From positions 1 to 46,463 of the forward strand of contig JAKZSX010000302.1 of assembly GCA_047517405.1 (NCBI GenBank): a DNA stretch of 46,463 bases, in the 5' to 3' direction. Shown piece by piece: positions 1-9,198 of this stretch; the stretch's first letter is position 1, and every line of letters starts with the position of its first letter. The notes beneath the pieces were generated by a model. That model did no database searches, was not told the origin of the DNA, and saw only the letters and a list, made by a program, of their open reading frames with translations. Made by a program: the position numbers and the translations under genes. Origin of the DNA: Candidatus Poribacteria bacterium (GTDB lineage: Bacteria > Poribacteria > WGA-4E > PCPOR2b).

Positions 1-1
1 A

Positions 2-733
2 ATGTATCAACTCACGCAGCACAAATTCTGGGGCGTATTAGCCCTCATAATATCTATCATGTTTGTTGCCTTCATGGTCACTGGTTGTGGTGGTGATGGC
101 AATAATGATGATGATGCAGCAGCAGCAAATGATGATGATGACGCAGCTGCCGAAGAAGAAGGTCCACCTTCTGCGACAATGGTCACGGTAGACCCAGCCG
201 CCGGTGCCACAGTTCCGTCAAATCAACAGTTCTCACTGGTGTTTGATCAGGGTGTCACCGCAGCGACGGTCAATGGCGCCGCAGCGACCGGATCAGGTCT
301 CAACTGGTCGGCATCTCCTGCCTTAGTGCAAGGGTCCGCAACACTGAACGTCGGATGGACAAACCGAGACGGCTCCACCGGTTCTCAAGCGGTCGGTCCT
401 TATACCATTGATGACCCAGATGTGGACGCACCGATGATCGCCAGTGGTACGGTGGCTGATGGGGACGCAGATGTTGACCCCGCGCCGGTCAATGCGGGTG
501 GTTTTCGGTTTGACTTCGACGAAGCCGTTACGGGAAGCATTAAGCTGACCGATGAAGCGGGTGCTGACCTCAATTGGATTGCAAACGTCGGTGGTCAGAC
601 AGCAACGTTGACTGCGGTTGCAGGACAGGAAATCGCCAACGAGACAACCTATAAGGTTGAAATTGATGTTCAAGATGGCGCTGGCAATGCAACTACAGCA
701 ACGATTACCTTCGTTACCAAACCGAAAGAGTAA
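2..733 (+). CDS. Secreted lipoprotein with acidic low-complexity linker and two bacterial Ig-like (SbsA/Big_5-type) segments
   Basis: ATG at 2. The N-terminal hydrophobic helix ends in lipobox VTGC and is followed by a D/A/N-rich linker. Two 'DPAxGAT.V...FD..V' Ig-like stretches are present. A terminator follows at 771-805. The start lies at the window edge, so an upstream start cannot be excluded. Confidence 0.6.
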   Translation: MYQLTQHKFWGVLALIISIMFVAFMVTGCGGDGNNDDDAAAANDDDDAAAEEEGPPSATMVTVDPAAGATVPSNQQFSLVFDQGVTAATVNGAAATGSGLNWSASPALVQGSATLNVGWTNRDGSTGSQAVGPYTIDDPDVDAPMIASGTVADGDADVDPAPVNAGGFRFDFDEAVTGSIKLTDEAGADLNWIANVGGQTATLTAVAGQEIANETTYKVEIDVQDGAGNATTATITFVTKPKE

Positions 734-770
734 ACAAACTGTTTTGGTTATAGCTGCAATGTTTGAAAAA

Positions 771-805
771 GGGCAACGTGTCATAGGCATGTTGCCCTTT
801 TTTTT
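771..805 (+). terminator. Rho-independent terminator
   Basis: Stem GGGCAAC (771-777) / GTTGCCC (791-797), followed by T8 (798-805). An A5 run precedes the stem. Confidence 0.8.
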
Positions 806-864
806 GGCTTGGAAATTTCCAATGAACTATATAAGTGTGTTAGCAAAAATCACCATCAAAAGGC

Positions 865-893
865 TTTACAAGACGCACAAAATCTGATAAAAT
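865..893 (+). promoter_or_regulatory. Candidate sigma70 promoter upstream of the ECF sigma operon
   Basis: TTTACA (865-870), 17-nt spacer, TAAAAT (888-893), with TG at -15/-14 (extended -10). It lies about 120 nt upstream of the GTG start at 1013. Confidence 0.4.
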
Positions 894-1012
894 AGCACCC
901 ATTCAATCCGGTTTTTTTAATAAAAGATCGAAATCTGTCAAAATTTTTGAACGATTCTTGAGGCTGAGTTGTCTAAAAGAGTTGAGGGCAGCAAAATCAG
1001 GGAGAAAGTGCT

Positions 1013-1600
1013 GTGGAACGAATCGAAACGTTGCTTATTGATGAACTCCGTGAAGGAGATATGGCAGCATTAGCGATTCTGGTTGAAAAGTACAAACGGC
1101 TCGTTTATCGGGTTGCAGTTCAGATTACAAAAAACCATGAAGACGCAAATGATGTCATGCAAGATACGTTTCTGAAAGTGTATGAATCTATTCACAGTTT
1201 TCGTAAGGATGCTGCCTTTGAAACATGGCTCTATCGTATTGTTGTTAACCATGCTACGAATCTCGTCAAGCACCGAGAGCGTCGTCGCGAATCCCCGCTT
1301 TCAGCCACCAGTGAAATGGAGATTCATCCAGATCTGAGGCGGACCGTAGATCTGGCAAATAATCCTCAATTGAACGCTGAAAGAAAAGAGCAGCAAAGAT
1401 GGGTTACCCAAGCGGTAAATAGTTTGCCCCTCAAGCAAAGAACTGTTGTTATTCTTCACGAGTTTGAAGGCTTGACACACTCAGAAATCGCTTCGATCCT
1501 CAACTGCTCCGAGGGAACGGTGCGTTCCCGGTTACATTACGCAAAACAAAAACTGAAAGATCTGTTAAAACCCTATATGGACGCAACAGACTTCCCCTAG
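1013..1600 (+). CDS. ECF-type RNA polymerase sigma factor (sigma-70 family, group 4)
   Basis: Region 2 motifs (DVMQDTFLKVY, FETWLYRIVVNHATN) and a region 4 HTH (LPLKQRTVVILHEFEGLTHSEIASILNCSEGTVRSRLHYAKQKL). GTG start with GGGAG 8 nt upstream. Confidence 0.92.
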   Translation: MERIETLLIDELREGDMAALAILVEKYKRLVYRVAVQITKNHEDANDVMQDTFLKVYESIHSFRKDAAFETWLYRIVVNHATNLVKHRERRRESPLSATSEMEIHPDLRRTVDLANNPQLNAERKEQQRWVTQAVNSLPLKQRTVVILHEFEGLTHSEIASILNCSEGTVRSRLHYAKQKLKDLLKPYMDATDFP

Positions 1601-1688
1601 CACAAAAAGTAACTGAAACCGTACAACAAGTATATCTAGGTTGTCGTGTGGTTTATCCTAGCAATGATAAAAACATAATGGGGAAAAC

Positions 1689-2660
1689 ATGAAACCTCAA
1701 TGTCGTTCAATTCAACGGTGCTTGTCTGATTATATAGATTATACACTTTCAGGTCGGCAAACCATGATCGTAGCTCAACATCTGCGATTTTGTCAGGATT
1801 GCCAACTCGAATTGGAATCTTTGAGGCGAATAAAGGTACTGCTTCATTTTCATGTCCCTTCACAACCCCCAGAAGGTTATTATGATCGATTTGGGGGGCA
1901 GCTGCAGCGGATAATCGAAGAGCGTCCTCGTCCTATATGGTGGGGTGCGACCGTGCTTGCGCAATCAGTCACGTGGAGATTCCAAGAGCTTCTACATCAG
2001 TCTGTTTGCGCTTTCAGCAAGCTAATTGGTTTTCCTATAAGTTGGGCTAAACAGCCTCCCGCCTATGCGTGGAGGCTACTCGCTGTGCTTGTCAGTTTGC
2101 TTGCCGTGCTTGTTAGTCTGTCTACGGATCAATTCTTCCAACCTCAAGAACAGGATCGCCTTGACCCTGCAAACTTGTCGCAGGTCCTGAAAGTCCAGCC
2201 GACCTCTCCCCTGAAGCAGGGCGGGAATAGAGAACTAGTCAGCAACCGAGAATGGTTTGTTGAAATCACACAGACGCTGCCTGAACATGTTGTTCAAGGG
2301 AAGCAAAATTCAGACAAAGAAATTGAGGTTGCTGAATCGCTTGCAGAACTGTCAAGGTGGGAGGGTTACCAGCCAAATCCTGTTAGTGACAGCAGTTCCA
2401 TTAATGATAGTGATGCGTTCAAAGCAATGGCAGTCCATGATGCTCCCCCCGACCTGATGACAGTTGCACAGTTATCAAGTCCTGAGTCGATTGCCGCGAA
2501 AGAGGATTTTTCGCGGCCCTTGGGCGTTGTGGCTATTCCGACTTCAGCGGAAATCGGTTGGGGAGGTAATCGCTCACTGAATGGTGTTGTTGAGATGTTG
2601 ATGAATGTACCGTTACCCAGCTTCTCAATTACGGAAGTTTATGATTCTGTCAAACTTTAG
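1689..2660 (+). CDS. Anti-sigma factor, zf-HC2 type, single-pass membrane protein
   Basis: N-terminal putative zinc finger (C..IQRCLSDY...H-x3-C-x2-C: HLRFCQDC), a central TM segment (LLAVLVSLLAVLVSL), and a position directly after the ECF sigma gene. Confidence 0.75.
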   Translation: MKPQCRSIQRCLSDYIDYTLSGRQTMIVAQHLRFCQDCQLELESLRRIKVLLHFHVPSQPPEGYYDRFGGQLQRIIEERPRPIWWGATVLAQSVTWRFQELLHQSVCAFSKLIGFPISWAKQPPAYAWRLLAVLVSLLAVLVSLSTDQFFQPQEQDRLDPANLSQVLKVQPTSPLKQGGNRELVSNREWFVEITQTLPEHVVQGKQNSDKEIEVAESLAELSRWEGYQPNPVSDSSSINDSDAFKAMAVHDAPPDLMTVAQLSSPESIAAKEDFSRPLGVVAIPTSAEIGWGGNRSLNGVVEMLMNVPLPSFSITEVYDSVKL

Positions 2661-2858
2661 CGATGCTAATTAAACAAAAACAAAATAGAAAACCAACTTC
2701 TGTCTGTATCTCAACAAAAAACTTGTGTTTCCTACGAAAATATGCTACGATGTCTGTGCAGAACGCACATCTGCGTTCCCTAACTTGAAACCCTACTGGG
2801 GTAAGGGGAGTATGTCAATTTAACAGCCTCCTCTAACCATTATCTGAAAGGAGATCTA

Positions 2859-5800
2859 ATGAATCCGAGACTTTTAGGCATCCTCGCCGGAGTCGCTTTA
2901 GCTGTCGTGCTGTTTTGGCCCGCAGGCAGCTCTAAAAAGGTCGAACGACTCTATAACGAGGCAGAACAGCTCTACAGTCAAAATGATTACGAAGGGGCAA
3001 TTGCAAAGTACGATGAAGGCCTTGAAGAATCCGTCAAATGGGGCGTAAAGACTGAGGTCATTGATAAAGACTTCACTACACTTGCAAATTACAAAATCGC
3101 CGTCAGCTACTCAAAATGGGCTGAGCAGAGCGGTGATATTACCTACTATGATAATGCAATCGAGCAGATTGAAAAGGTTGCACCGAATGCCACTGTACCG
3201 AAGCATCAGGAAGGATTAACCTACCTATGGGGACACGTCCTTTACAAACAAGAGAAATTTGAACTTGCTGAACCGAAGTTTCATACCGTGATTGAAAACT
3301 TCCCCAATAGCCTGTTCGTCGAAAATGCTTGGTACGCAATTGGGCAGCTCAATTATAAACTGCAAAAATATGATGCAGCGCGCCGGGCATACAAAGAAGT
3401 CCTAGACGGATTTCCAAATTCAGAGTTCAAAGATGATGCACAACACCTAATTGCACAATCCTTCCTCAATGAAAAGAATTACGAGCAGGCTTACCCAGAA
3501 TTTGATAAGCTTAGCACCGAAGAATTTAAGACTTTCGCAGATTTGCAGGCGGAGGCGAGTTACAAAGCCGCTTTCTGTTTGAATCAACTTGCCCGTGATG
3601 AAGAGGCGATTGGTCGATACACCCAATTTATCACGGAATACCCGACAAGTGGTTATGTAACCGCTGCTTATTTTGACACAGGTTCAATCTATTCAAAGCA
3701 GAAGGACTATGACAATGCGCGAGTCAACTATGAACTCGCTTTGCAGAATACAGACGACCGGGACCTGCAAGCAGAAATTCAGGTTACCATTGGGCGTACC
3801 TACTATGAGCAGCAAGACTTCCCCAACGCTGTAGAATCATACAACACACTGCTTGAGGAGTATCCGGAATGCGATTTTATTAGTGAAGCGAAGCTGGGTA
3901 TTGCCGATAGTTACTTCAAGTCAGATGTTTGGGTCGAAGCTGCTGCTGCGTACCAGCGGGTTCTGAACGAACATCCCGAAGAGACCGATTTTATCCCTTA
4001 TGTTACTTACCAAATGGGGGAATCGAACTATAAGCTAGCTTCTGACTTGAAAGATGATGGTCAAATGGATGTCGCAAACGCGTCCTATGAAGAAGCGCTT
4101 ATGTGGTATCAGAAAGCTGTCGATGAATTTCCGGCGGACCCAGTCGCGTCTCATGCGCTCTATGGTGCTATCTGGGCGTTGAATGCGCTCGAACGAAAGG
4201 ATGAACTGGAAACCGTCGCAAGGGAATTTATTGATAAAAACCGCATGGATAGTGAACTTGACCTGCTCGCTGCTGAAGTGCAGTTGAAGTTCGCGGACCT
4301 GAAATTTAATGACTTTAAGCAGTATGAGGATGCAGCCGCGGAATACGCCAAACTTTGGGAGTATCGTGATTTCCCGAAATTTCACTTAATTAAATTGATT
4401 GGAAAATTTCAGGAAGCGCGCTCATACTATGAAGCCTCCAAACCGGCGGGTTACCGTGAAGGCGATCCAGACGCAGTCTTTAACGAAGTACTGCTCCAAA
4501 ATGCTGTAAATGCTTACCAAGAAGCCGTAGATAAGTTCAAGGGACCAGAGATTATGGGCGGAGAAAGTGGTACCTTCCTCGGCGGTATCGAGCAGGGACG
4601 CTATGACGATTTCCCCCAACGTCCAATGCAAGTCGAAGCCTGTGTCATGAACCAAGCGCTATCCCACGAAAAATTGAATGCGTGGGGCAAAGCGCGTGAC
4701 CTTTACACAGCGATTCTCCCAGGCAGCGATAATTATCAACGTGCACAGTTGCTGATTGCACAAAGTCTTGTCAAAGAAGGCAACAATACCGGAGCTGTGG
4801 CGCATTATCAGTCTATAATGGACATTTTGGATACCGATAATCGCTCGCTTGCAGAAATTAAGCTGGCAGACCTCCTGCGTTCTGAAGAGCGATTTGCCGA
4901 AGCAGCAGTTGAGTATGAAAACGTCGTTGCAGGTAACCCGACTGGTGAATACGCCGACGACGCACAGTATCTTGTCGGACTTTGTTACTATAAAGCCGCT
5001 AAAGCCGCCCCCGATGATGCAGCTCACTTGGATAAATCTGTTGCCGCCTTCGAGAAAGCAATTGCGGATTATCCGGACAGCCCGAATGCGGTTGAGTCGT
5101 ATTATGGACTAGCACTCGCTTATCGCGACATGGCACTAGCTGGAAATGAAAGTGTGTGGCCAAAGGTGCTAGAAGTTGCTGATACTGCTTACGACAAACA
5201 TGGCGGTACCGATAACACCACAGTCCAAAAGACGTTGGGCCATATAGACTTGGTCAAGGCAACCGCCATTGAAAAGCAGGGACTCGAATCTGAAGAAGAG
5301 AAGGCTGAACTCATTGCGAGTCTGAGGCGAATTGTCCAGAATACCGGGGCCCCAGAAGATGCTCGCTCACGCGCACAGTTGAAAATCGGACACCTGTATT
5401 ATGGTGACGGTAAGCATGGAAAAGCGCTCGCTGAATATCAAGGATTCGTTCAGATGTTCCCTAATAATGAGCTCGTGACGAATGCGTTATATCAGGCATC
5501 CGTTTGCTACTATCAGATCGGTCAAAACAACACCGATGAAGGAGCCAAGCAGCTTGCATTCCAGAATGCTGTAAGTACTGCGACGCAAGTTACTGAAAGC
5601 AATCCCGATGTCGATGCGGCTATCAGTTCCTATTACACAATAGGGCTGGCAAAGTACGCGCTAAATGATAGTAATGGAGCGATTGCCGCGTTTCGCCAGA
5701 CCACCTCGTATGAGGGGCAAACGGAGGACAAACCCCGACAAGATCTAATTCGTCAAGCACATACCCGTCTCGCAGATTTGAATACTGCTGTCGGTGACCA

Positions 5801-7556
5801 TGAGTCAGCCGTGCGAGAGTATCAGTATGTGATTCAGTATACTGATGATGATGATCAGAAGGGACGTTCCTACTTCTCTATAGCGTATGCTCAGGACGAA
5901 CATCTCAAACAGTATGATGATTCGCTTCTCAACTATCAAAATGCGATTCAGCTTTCTAAAGATCCACTCATCCGAGCACAAGCATACTATCGAATGGGTT
6001 TGATTTACCAAGAAAGACTGAATGACCCTGAGAATGCACTGAAAGTATTCGAGACCCTGATTACTCAATTCGGTGGTGAATCTAATACCAGCATCCAATC
6101 CATGGCGGCGGACGGTGGTATTCGGCGGTCTGACCTCTACGTAAAGTTAGGTCGTATGGATGATGCAATCGCTCAAGCAATCGCTGCGCGTGATGCAGCG
6201 CAAACGACTGCACAGAAAGTTTCTGCACAATATAATCTCGGTTATCTCTATTTCGACCAAGCGCGGAAACTCTTCTCTGATAAACCTGGTACCGACTTAC
6301 AACCGTATATTGATGCGAGCCGGCAAGCCGCAACCGCTTATGTTGAATCGGCTAATACAGCAGCCGCCGATAAGATCGATGATACCGTAAGTCCATTTGT
6401 TCAGAACGCGCTCTTCTCAGCCGGGCAAATTTACTATTCGCTCGGTACAGGGATCAAGCTACCTGACGATCTCAATAGCGCAGTTCCGGTGCTGATGCAG
6501 TTCGTCGAATATGCGGACAAGGGGCTTTTCGCCGTTTCGTCCCAAGCGGATGTGTCGAAAAACGTCCAGACCGTATTGGGCTATCTCGCACCCACCTATT
6601 ATGAGTTGGGACGGATGCAGCTCGGTTTCGACGAAGGGTTTTCTGAAAAAACCGTTAGCTTCTTTGATCAGTCTGCAACCGTGTTCATGGACCTCGCTCG
6701 ACGATTCCCTAATGCGGCAGAGGCACCGTTCTGGCAGTATCAGGCAGGTGAGGCGTACTTTGCGGGTCAACAGCACCTGAAAGCCATTGAAGAATATGTG
6801 AAGGTTCGCAACATTAATCCGCTACATGCGCAGGCGGCTGAATCCCTCGCCGCGATTTCGACGTGCTATGCGTTGCTCGAGAAAAATACCGAGGACGAAG
6901 CGGAGAAGGAGAAATGGTTAGCACAGGTCTTTGAGATCAACGAGGTTCTCGCAAAGAACTATCCAACCAGTCCCTTTGCAGCCGAAGCGTTTCTCAACAT
7001 CGGCAACACCTACTATAACCAAGGGGTTTTCGACGATACGACAGAAGAAGACCGTATCCGCCTCTATACAATGGCTATCGAACAGTATGAGAAGGCATTG
7101 GCGGTTCCCAATATCAATGCAGAATCGAAAGAGAATGCCGATCTGTTCCTGCGTGAGACGAAAGGAGCCCTCTCGGCAGATGTGTATATTCAGGCAACTG
7201 CCAATTTCGATCGAGCAAGAGTGGCGCCTGAAGATCAACAGAGAGAAGCCGTTGAAAACGCTATCGCTGGGTTCCAAGACATCATCAAAGCGTATCCGAC
7301 TACCAAATACGCCGACCTTTCTTTGGTGCAAATTGGTGATGCGTATATGATACTAGCGGTTGAAAATGATGAGTATTATAACGACGCGCTTGACTCCTAT
7401 GATGCGTTGTGGGGTAAATACGCGACCGTCCCGCCTAGCGATACACAGGTCAACAAAGCGTTGACATACTCGCAAGGTAAGATTACCGAAATCACGGAGT
7501 ATATGAGAGCACAGAACCTTCCACGTCGTACCGGCGGCGGTGGTGGTGGCGAATAA
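2859..7556 (+). CDS. Very large (1565 aa) membrane-anchored tetratricopeptide (TPR) repeat protein
   Basis: AGGAG RBS and an N-terminal TM/signal anchor. Dozens of 34-aa TPR-like units occur (recurrent 'A...Y....YP.S..A..A.Y..G..Y'). C-terminal GGGGGGE tail. Confidence 0.9.
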   Translation: MNPRLLGILAGVALAVVLFWPAGSSKKVERLYNEAEQLYSQNDYEGAIAKYDEGLEESVKWGVKTEVIDKDFTTLANYKIAVSYSKWAEQSGDITYYDNAIEQIEKVAPNATVPKHQEGLTYLWGHVLYKQEKFELAEPKFHTVIENFPNSLFVENAWYAIGQLNYKLQKYDAARRAYKEVLDGFPNSEFKDDAQHLIAQSFLNEKNYEQAYPEFDKLSTEEFKTFADLQAEASYKAAFCLNQLARDEEAIGRYTQFITEYPTSGYVTAAYFDTGSIYSKQKDYDNARVNYELALQNTDDRDLQAEIQVTIGRTYYEQQDFPNAVESYNTLLEEYPECDFISEAKLGIADSYFKSDVWVEAAAAYQRVLNEHPEETDFIPYVTYQMGESNYKLASDLKDDGQMDVANASYEEALMWYQKAVDEFPADPVASHALYGAIWALNALERKDELETVAREFIDKNRMDSELDLLAAEVQLKFADLKFNDFKQYEDAAAEYAKLWEYRDFPKFHLIKLIGKFQEARSYYEASKPAGYREGDPDAVFNEVLLQNAVNAYQEAVDKFKGPEIMGGESGTFLGGIEQGRYDDFPQRPMQVEACVMNQALSHEKLNAWGKARDLYTAILPGSDNYQRAQLLIAQSLVKEGNNTGAVAHYQSIMDILDTDNRSLAEIKLADLLRSEERFAEAAVEYENVVAGNPTGEYADDAQYLVGLCYYKAAKAAPDDAAHLDKSVAAFEKAIADYPDSPNAVESYYGLALAYRDMALAGNESVWPKVLEVADTAYDKHGGTDNTTVQKTLGHIDLVKATAIEKQGLESEEEKAELIASLRRIVQNTGAPEDARSRAQLKIGHLYYGDGKHGKALAEYQGFVQMFPNNELVTNALYQASVCYYQIGQNNTDEGAKQLAFQNAVSTATQVTESNPDVDAAISSYYTIGLAKYALNDSNGAIAAFRQTTSYEGQTEDKPRQDLIRQAHTRLADLNTAVGDHESAVREYQYVIQYTDDDDQKGRSYFSIAYAQDEHLKQYDDSLLNYQNAIQLSKDPLIRAQAYYRMGLIYQERLNDPENALKVFETLITQFGGESNTSIQSMAADGGIRRSDLYVKLGRMDDAIAQAIAARDAAQTTAQKVSAQYNLGYLYFDQARKLFSDKPGTDLQPYIDASRQAATAYVESANTAAADKIDDTVSPFVQNALFSAGQIYYSLGTGIKLPDDLNSAVPVLMQFVEYADKGLFAVSSQADVSKNVQTVLGYLAPTYYELGRMQLGFDEGFSEKTVSFFDQSATVFMDLARRFPNAAEAPFWQYQAGEAYFAGQQHLKAIEEYVKVRNINPLHAQAAESLAAISTCYALLEKNTEDEAEKEKWLAQVFEINEVLAKNYPTSPFAAEAFLNIGNTYYNQGVFDDTTEEDRIRLYTMAIEQYEKALAVPNINAESKENADLFLRETKGALSADVYIQATANFDRARVAPEDQQREAVENAIAGFQDIIKAYPTTKYADLSLVQIGDAYMILAVENDEYYNDALDSYDALWGKYATVPPSDTQVNKALTYSQGKITEITEYMRAQNLPRRTGGGGGGE

Positions 7557-7599
7557 CGCACCGTGTATGTTTTGGATTCATCAACTCCATTTCAACAGA

Positions 7600-7634
7600 G
7601 GCGTTTGGGATATCCTTCCCAGACGCCTTTTTTT
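7600..7634 (+). terminator. Rho-independent terminator
   Basis: An 11-bp stem GGCGTTTGGGA / TCCCAGACGCC (one G:U pair), a 6-nt loop, then T7 (7628-7634). Confidence 0.8.
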
Positions 7635-7709
7635 ATTTTAGAAATATCTCTCAGCAAGTATAAATTAAGCAAGGAATTCCTTTTAGATTAGAGCAAAACA
7701 CGAAAAAAG

Positions 7710-8324
7710 ATGCAAAATACCCCAATTTCCAGTAGATCACAACCACGAAAAAATTACCGGCAATCCAAACGTCCAGATCAACACCGGCAATCTCCACACT
7801 ATAACAAACTAGTCCGTCGTCAGCTATCTCCAAAGCTGCTAACCCAAATTCGCGCCGAAAGCCATGGGCGCGCTTACGTTCAAAAGCAGATTCGAAGGAA
7901 AACGCCGATGGTTTTTGATCTTCACGGGGAACATATTGAAGGTATCATCAGTCGCCGCTTAACCTATATCCTTGTCGTCCTAGTCGATGGACAGCTGCAC
8001 CATCTTGAAAAACTCAACATCAAGTATATGTACAAACAAGACGAAGCGTCTCTAATTGTTCCGGATATTGAGGTGGATGCAGATTTAAAAGCACAAAACT
8101 TGGTCTCCATTGCTCACAAATCTGAGCGATTCGAAGTTGACGACCGTGTGCTTGCACGTTGCCGCAAGGAAAAAATTCCAGTGCGTTTAACCCTTAGAGG
8201 CGGGGAGATAATCACAGGGGTTATTAGTTGGTTCAGTCAGTATGAGATGAAGATGCTTCTAGCTCATGGAGGCAACGTTGTTGTATTCCGGCACGGATTA
8301 CATAGTTTTGAAATAAGCTCGTGA
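7710..8324 (+). CDS. Tandem Sm/Hfq-like domain protein with basic N-terminal tail
   Basis: Two segments fit the Hfq Sm1/Sm2 pattern. The first is 'PMVFDLHGEHIEGIISRRLTYILVVLVDGQLHHLEKLNIKYMY'. The second is 'PVRLTLRGGEIITGVISWFSQYEMKMLLAHGGNVVVFRHGLHSF' (compare Hfq '[25 protein letters not shown]...MVYKHAISTV'). There is no strong SD at 7710. An alternative start at Met67 (AGGA 8 nt upstream) would remove the basic tail. Confidence 0.55.
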   Translation: MQNTPISSRSQPRKNYRQSKRPDQHRQSPHYNKLVRRQLSPKLLTQIRAESHGRAYVQKQIRRKTPMVFDLHGEHIEGIISRRLTYILVVLVDGQLHHLEKLNIKYMYKQDEASLIVPDIEVDADLKAQNLVSIAHKSERFEVDDRVLARCRKEKIPVRLTLRGGEIITGVISWFSQYEMKMLLAHGGNVVVFRHGLHSFEISS

Positions 8325-8430
8325 TGGGCATAAAGGTGGGAAGTGTAGGTGCATAACGGTTTGTGGGGTTGCGATAGGTTTGGACTAAACAGACGGCTGC
8401 CTTGAATATCTGCTGCAACTGGATTTTTTA

Positions 8431-8829
8431 TTATATATCTTCGCGCTCATAGTTAGCACGGACGACGGTTTTCATGCCCCCACGGATGTGAAAATCCCCA
8501 ACAATCTCAACCCTCCGCGGGTTGCACGCCGTAACAAAATCCGCCAGAATTTTATTAACAACGTGCTCATGAAAAATTCCGACATCCCGGAAAAATAAAA
8601 AATACTCTTTCAGCGATTTGAGTTCGACACATTGCTCGTCAGGGATATAGGTAATCTGAATCGTTCCAAAGTCTGGCAACCCGGTTTTAGGACAAACCGC
8701 TGTAAATTCTGGGTTTGTTATTTCAATAGTGTAGTCGTTATTGCTATACTCATTTTTCCAAGTTTCGATGTTCGGCGTTTCCATTTCGCGGATGTTGTCC
8801 TGTAATCCACTATAAGATTGATGACCCAT
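8431..8829 (-). CDS. queF: NADPH-dependent 7-cyano-7-deazaguanine (preQ0) reductase, YkvM-type
   Basis: Catalytic Cys context 'AVCPKTGLPDFG', QueF motif 'ELKSLKEYF', and a length typical of unimodular QueF. RBS GGGAGG. Confidence 0.93.
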   Translation of the reverse strand: MGHQSYSGLQDNIREMETPNIETWKNEYSNNDYTIEITNPEFTAVCPKTGLPDFGTIQITYIPDEQCVELKSLKEYFLFFRDVGIFHEHVVNKILADFVTACNPRRVEIVGDFHIRGGMKTVVRANYEREDI

Positions 8830-8864
8830 AAATCAAAAGCCTCCCTTAAGTTCCTGTTTCAAAA

Positions 8865-8894
8865 ATAATAACACTGCGTGAGAAACATCGTCAA
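8865..8894 (-). promoter_or_regulatory. Candidate sigma70 promoter for queF
   Basis: On the minus strand: TTGACG (8894-8889), 18-nt spacer, TATTAT (8870-8865). Confidence 0.35.
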
Positions 8895-9001
8895 GCGGTA
8901 ATGTTTATCGAGCGTGCTAAGATTGATTGGGTAACTTCGTATAAGGCGTTCCCGTGAACGGACTTTTTTTGCTTGGGACTCGCCAATGACTTGCTTTTCT
9001 C

Positions 9002-9030
9002 TCGACGGTATCTATCCATCGTGATATAAT
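9002..9030 (+). promoter_or_regulatory. Candidate extended -10 promoter upstream of the VOC-family gene
   Basis: TCGACG (9002-9007), 17-nt spacer, TATAAT (9025-9030), preceded by TGa (TGnTATAAT). Confidence 0.35.
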
Positions 9031-9198
9031 CTCCTTATCGCTCAGAGGGGAAGAAAATGTCAACCAAATCGATAAACGATAATTATTTTTAATTCACCCA
9101 AAGCCTTCGAAGCGTGGTGGAAGTTTTACAGTGCCGATAAAATCCTACTAAATCTATTTTCTGGCAAAGTTTGGCATCGAAAGGAGAAATTGATTGCT

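Noticed and set aside
920-965. ECF-type autoregulatory promoter (GAAC...GTCTAA) upstream of the first sigma gene, and an analogous CAAC...TCTAA upstream of the second (about 37985-38015)
   Set aside because: The spacings (about 18-19 nt and 22 nt) differ from each other and from typical 16-17-nt ECF spacing. They cannot be supported without group-specific motifs.
8948-8970. Small hairpin (CGTTC-ccgt-GAACG) followed by T7 on the plus strand
   Set aside because: The stem is only 5 bp and is separated from the T-run by 3 nt. No plus-strand gene or promoter lies upstream for it to terminate. It is too weak to call.
8830-9000. Possible preQ1 riboswitch in the queF leader
   Set aside because: I read the minus-strand leader and found no preQ1-I (5-bp P1 hairpin plus A-rich 'AAAAAACUA' tail) or preQ1-II core. 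With the candidate promoter at 8865-8894 the UTR would be only about 35 nt. A cmsearch with RF00522/RF01054 would settle it.
9036-9092. Shared 10-mer CTCCTTATCG followed by AGAGG and a mini-ORF, seen here and at 44408-44449
   Set aside because: Roughly a thousand shared 10-mer pairs are expected by chance in 46 kb. The mini-ORFs (11 and 5 codons) show no conservation that I can test here.
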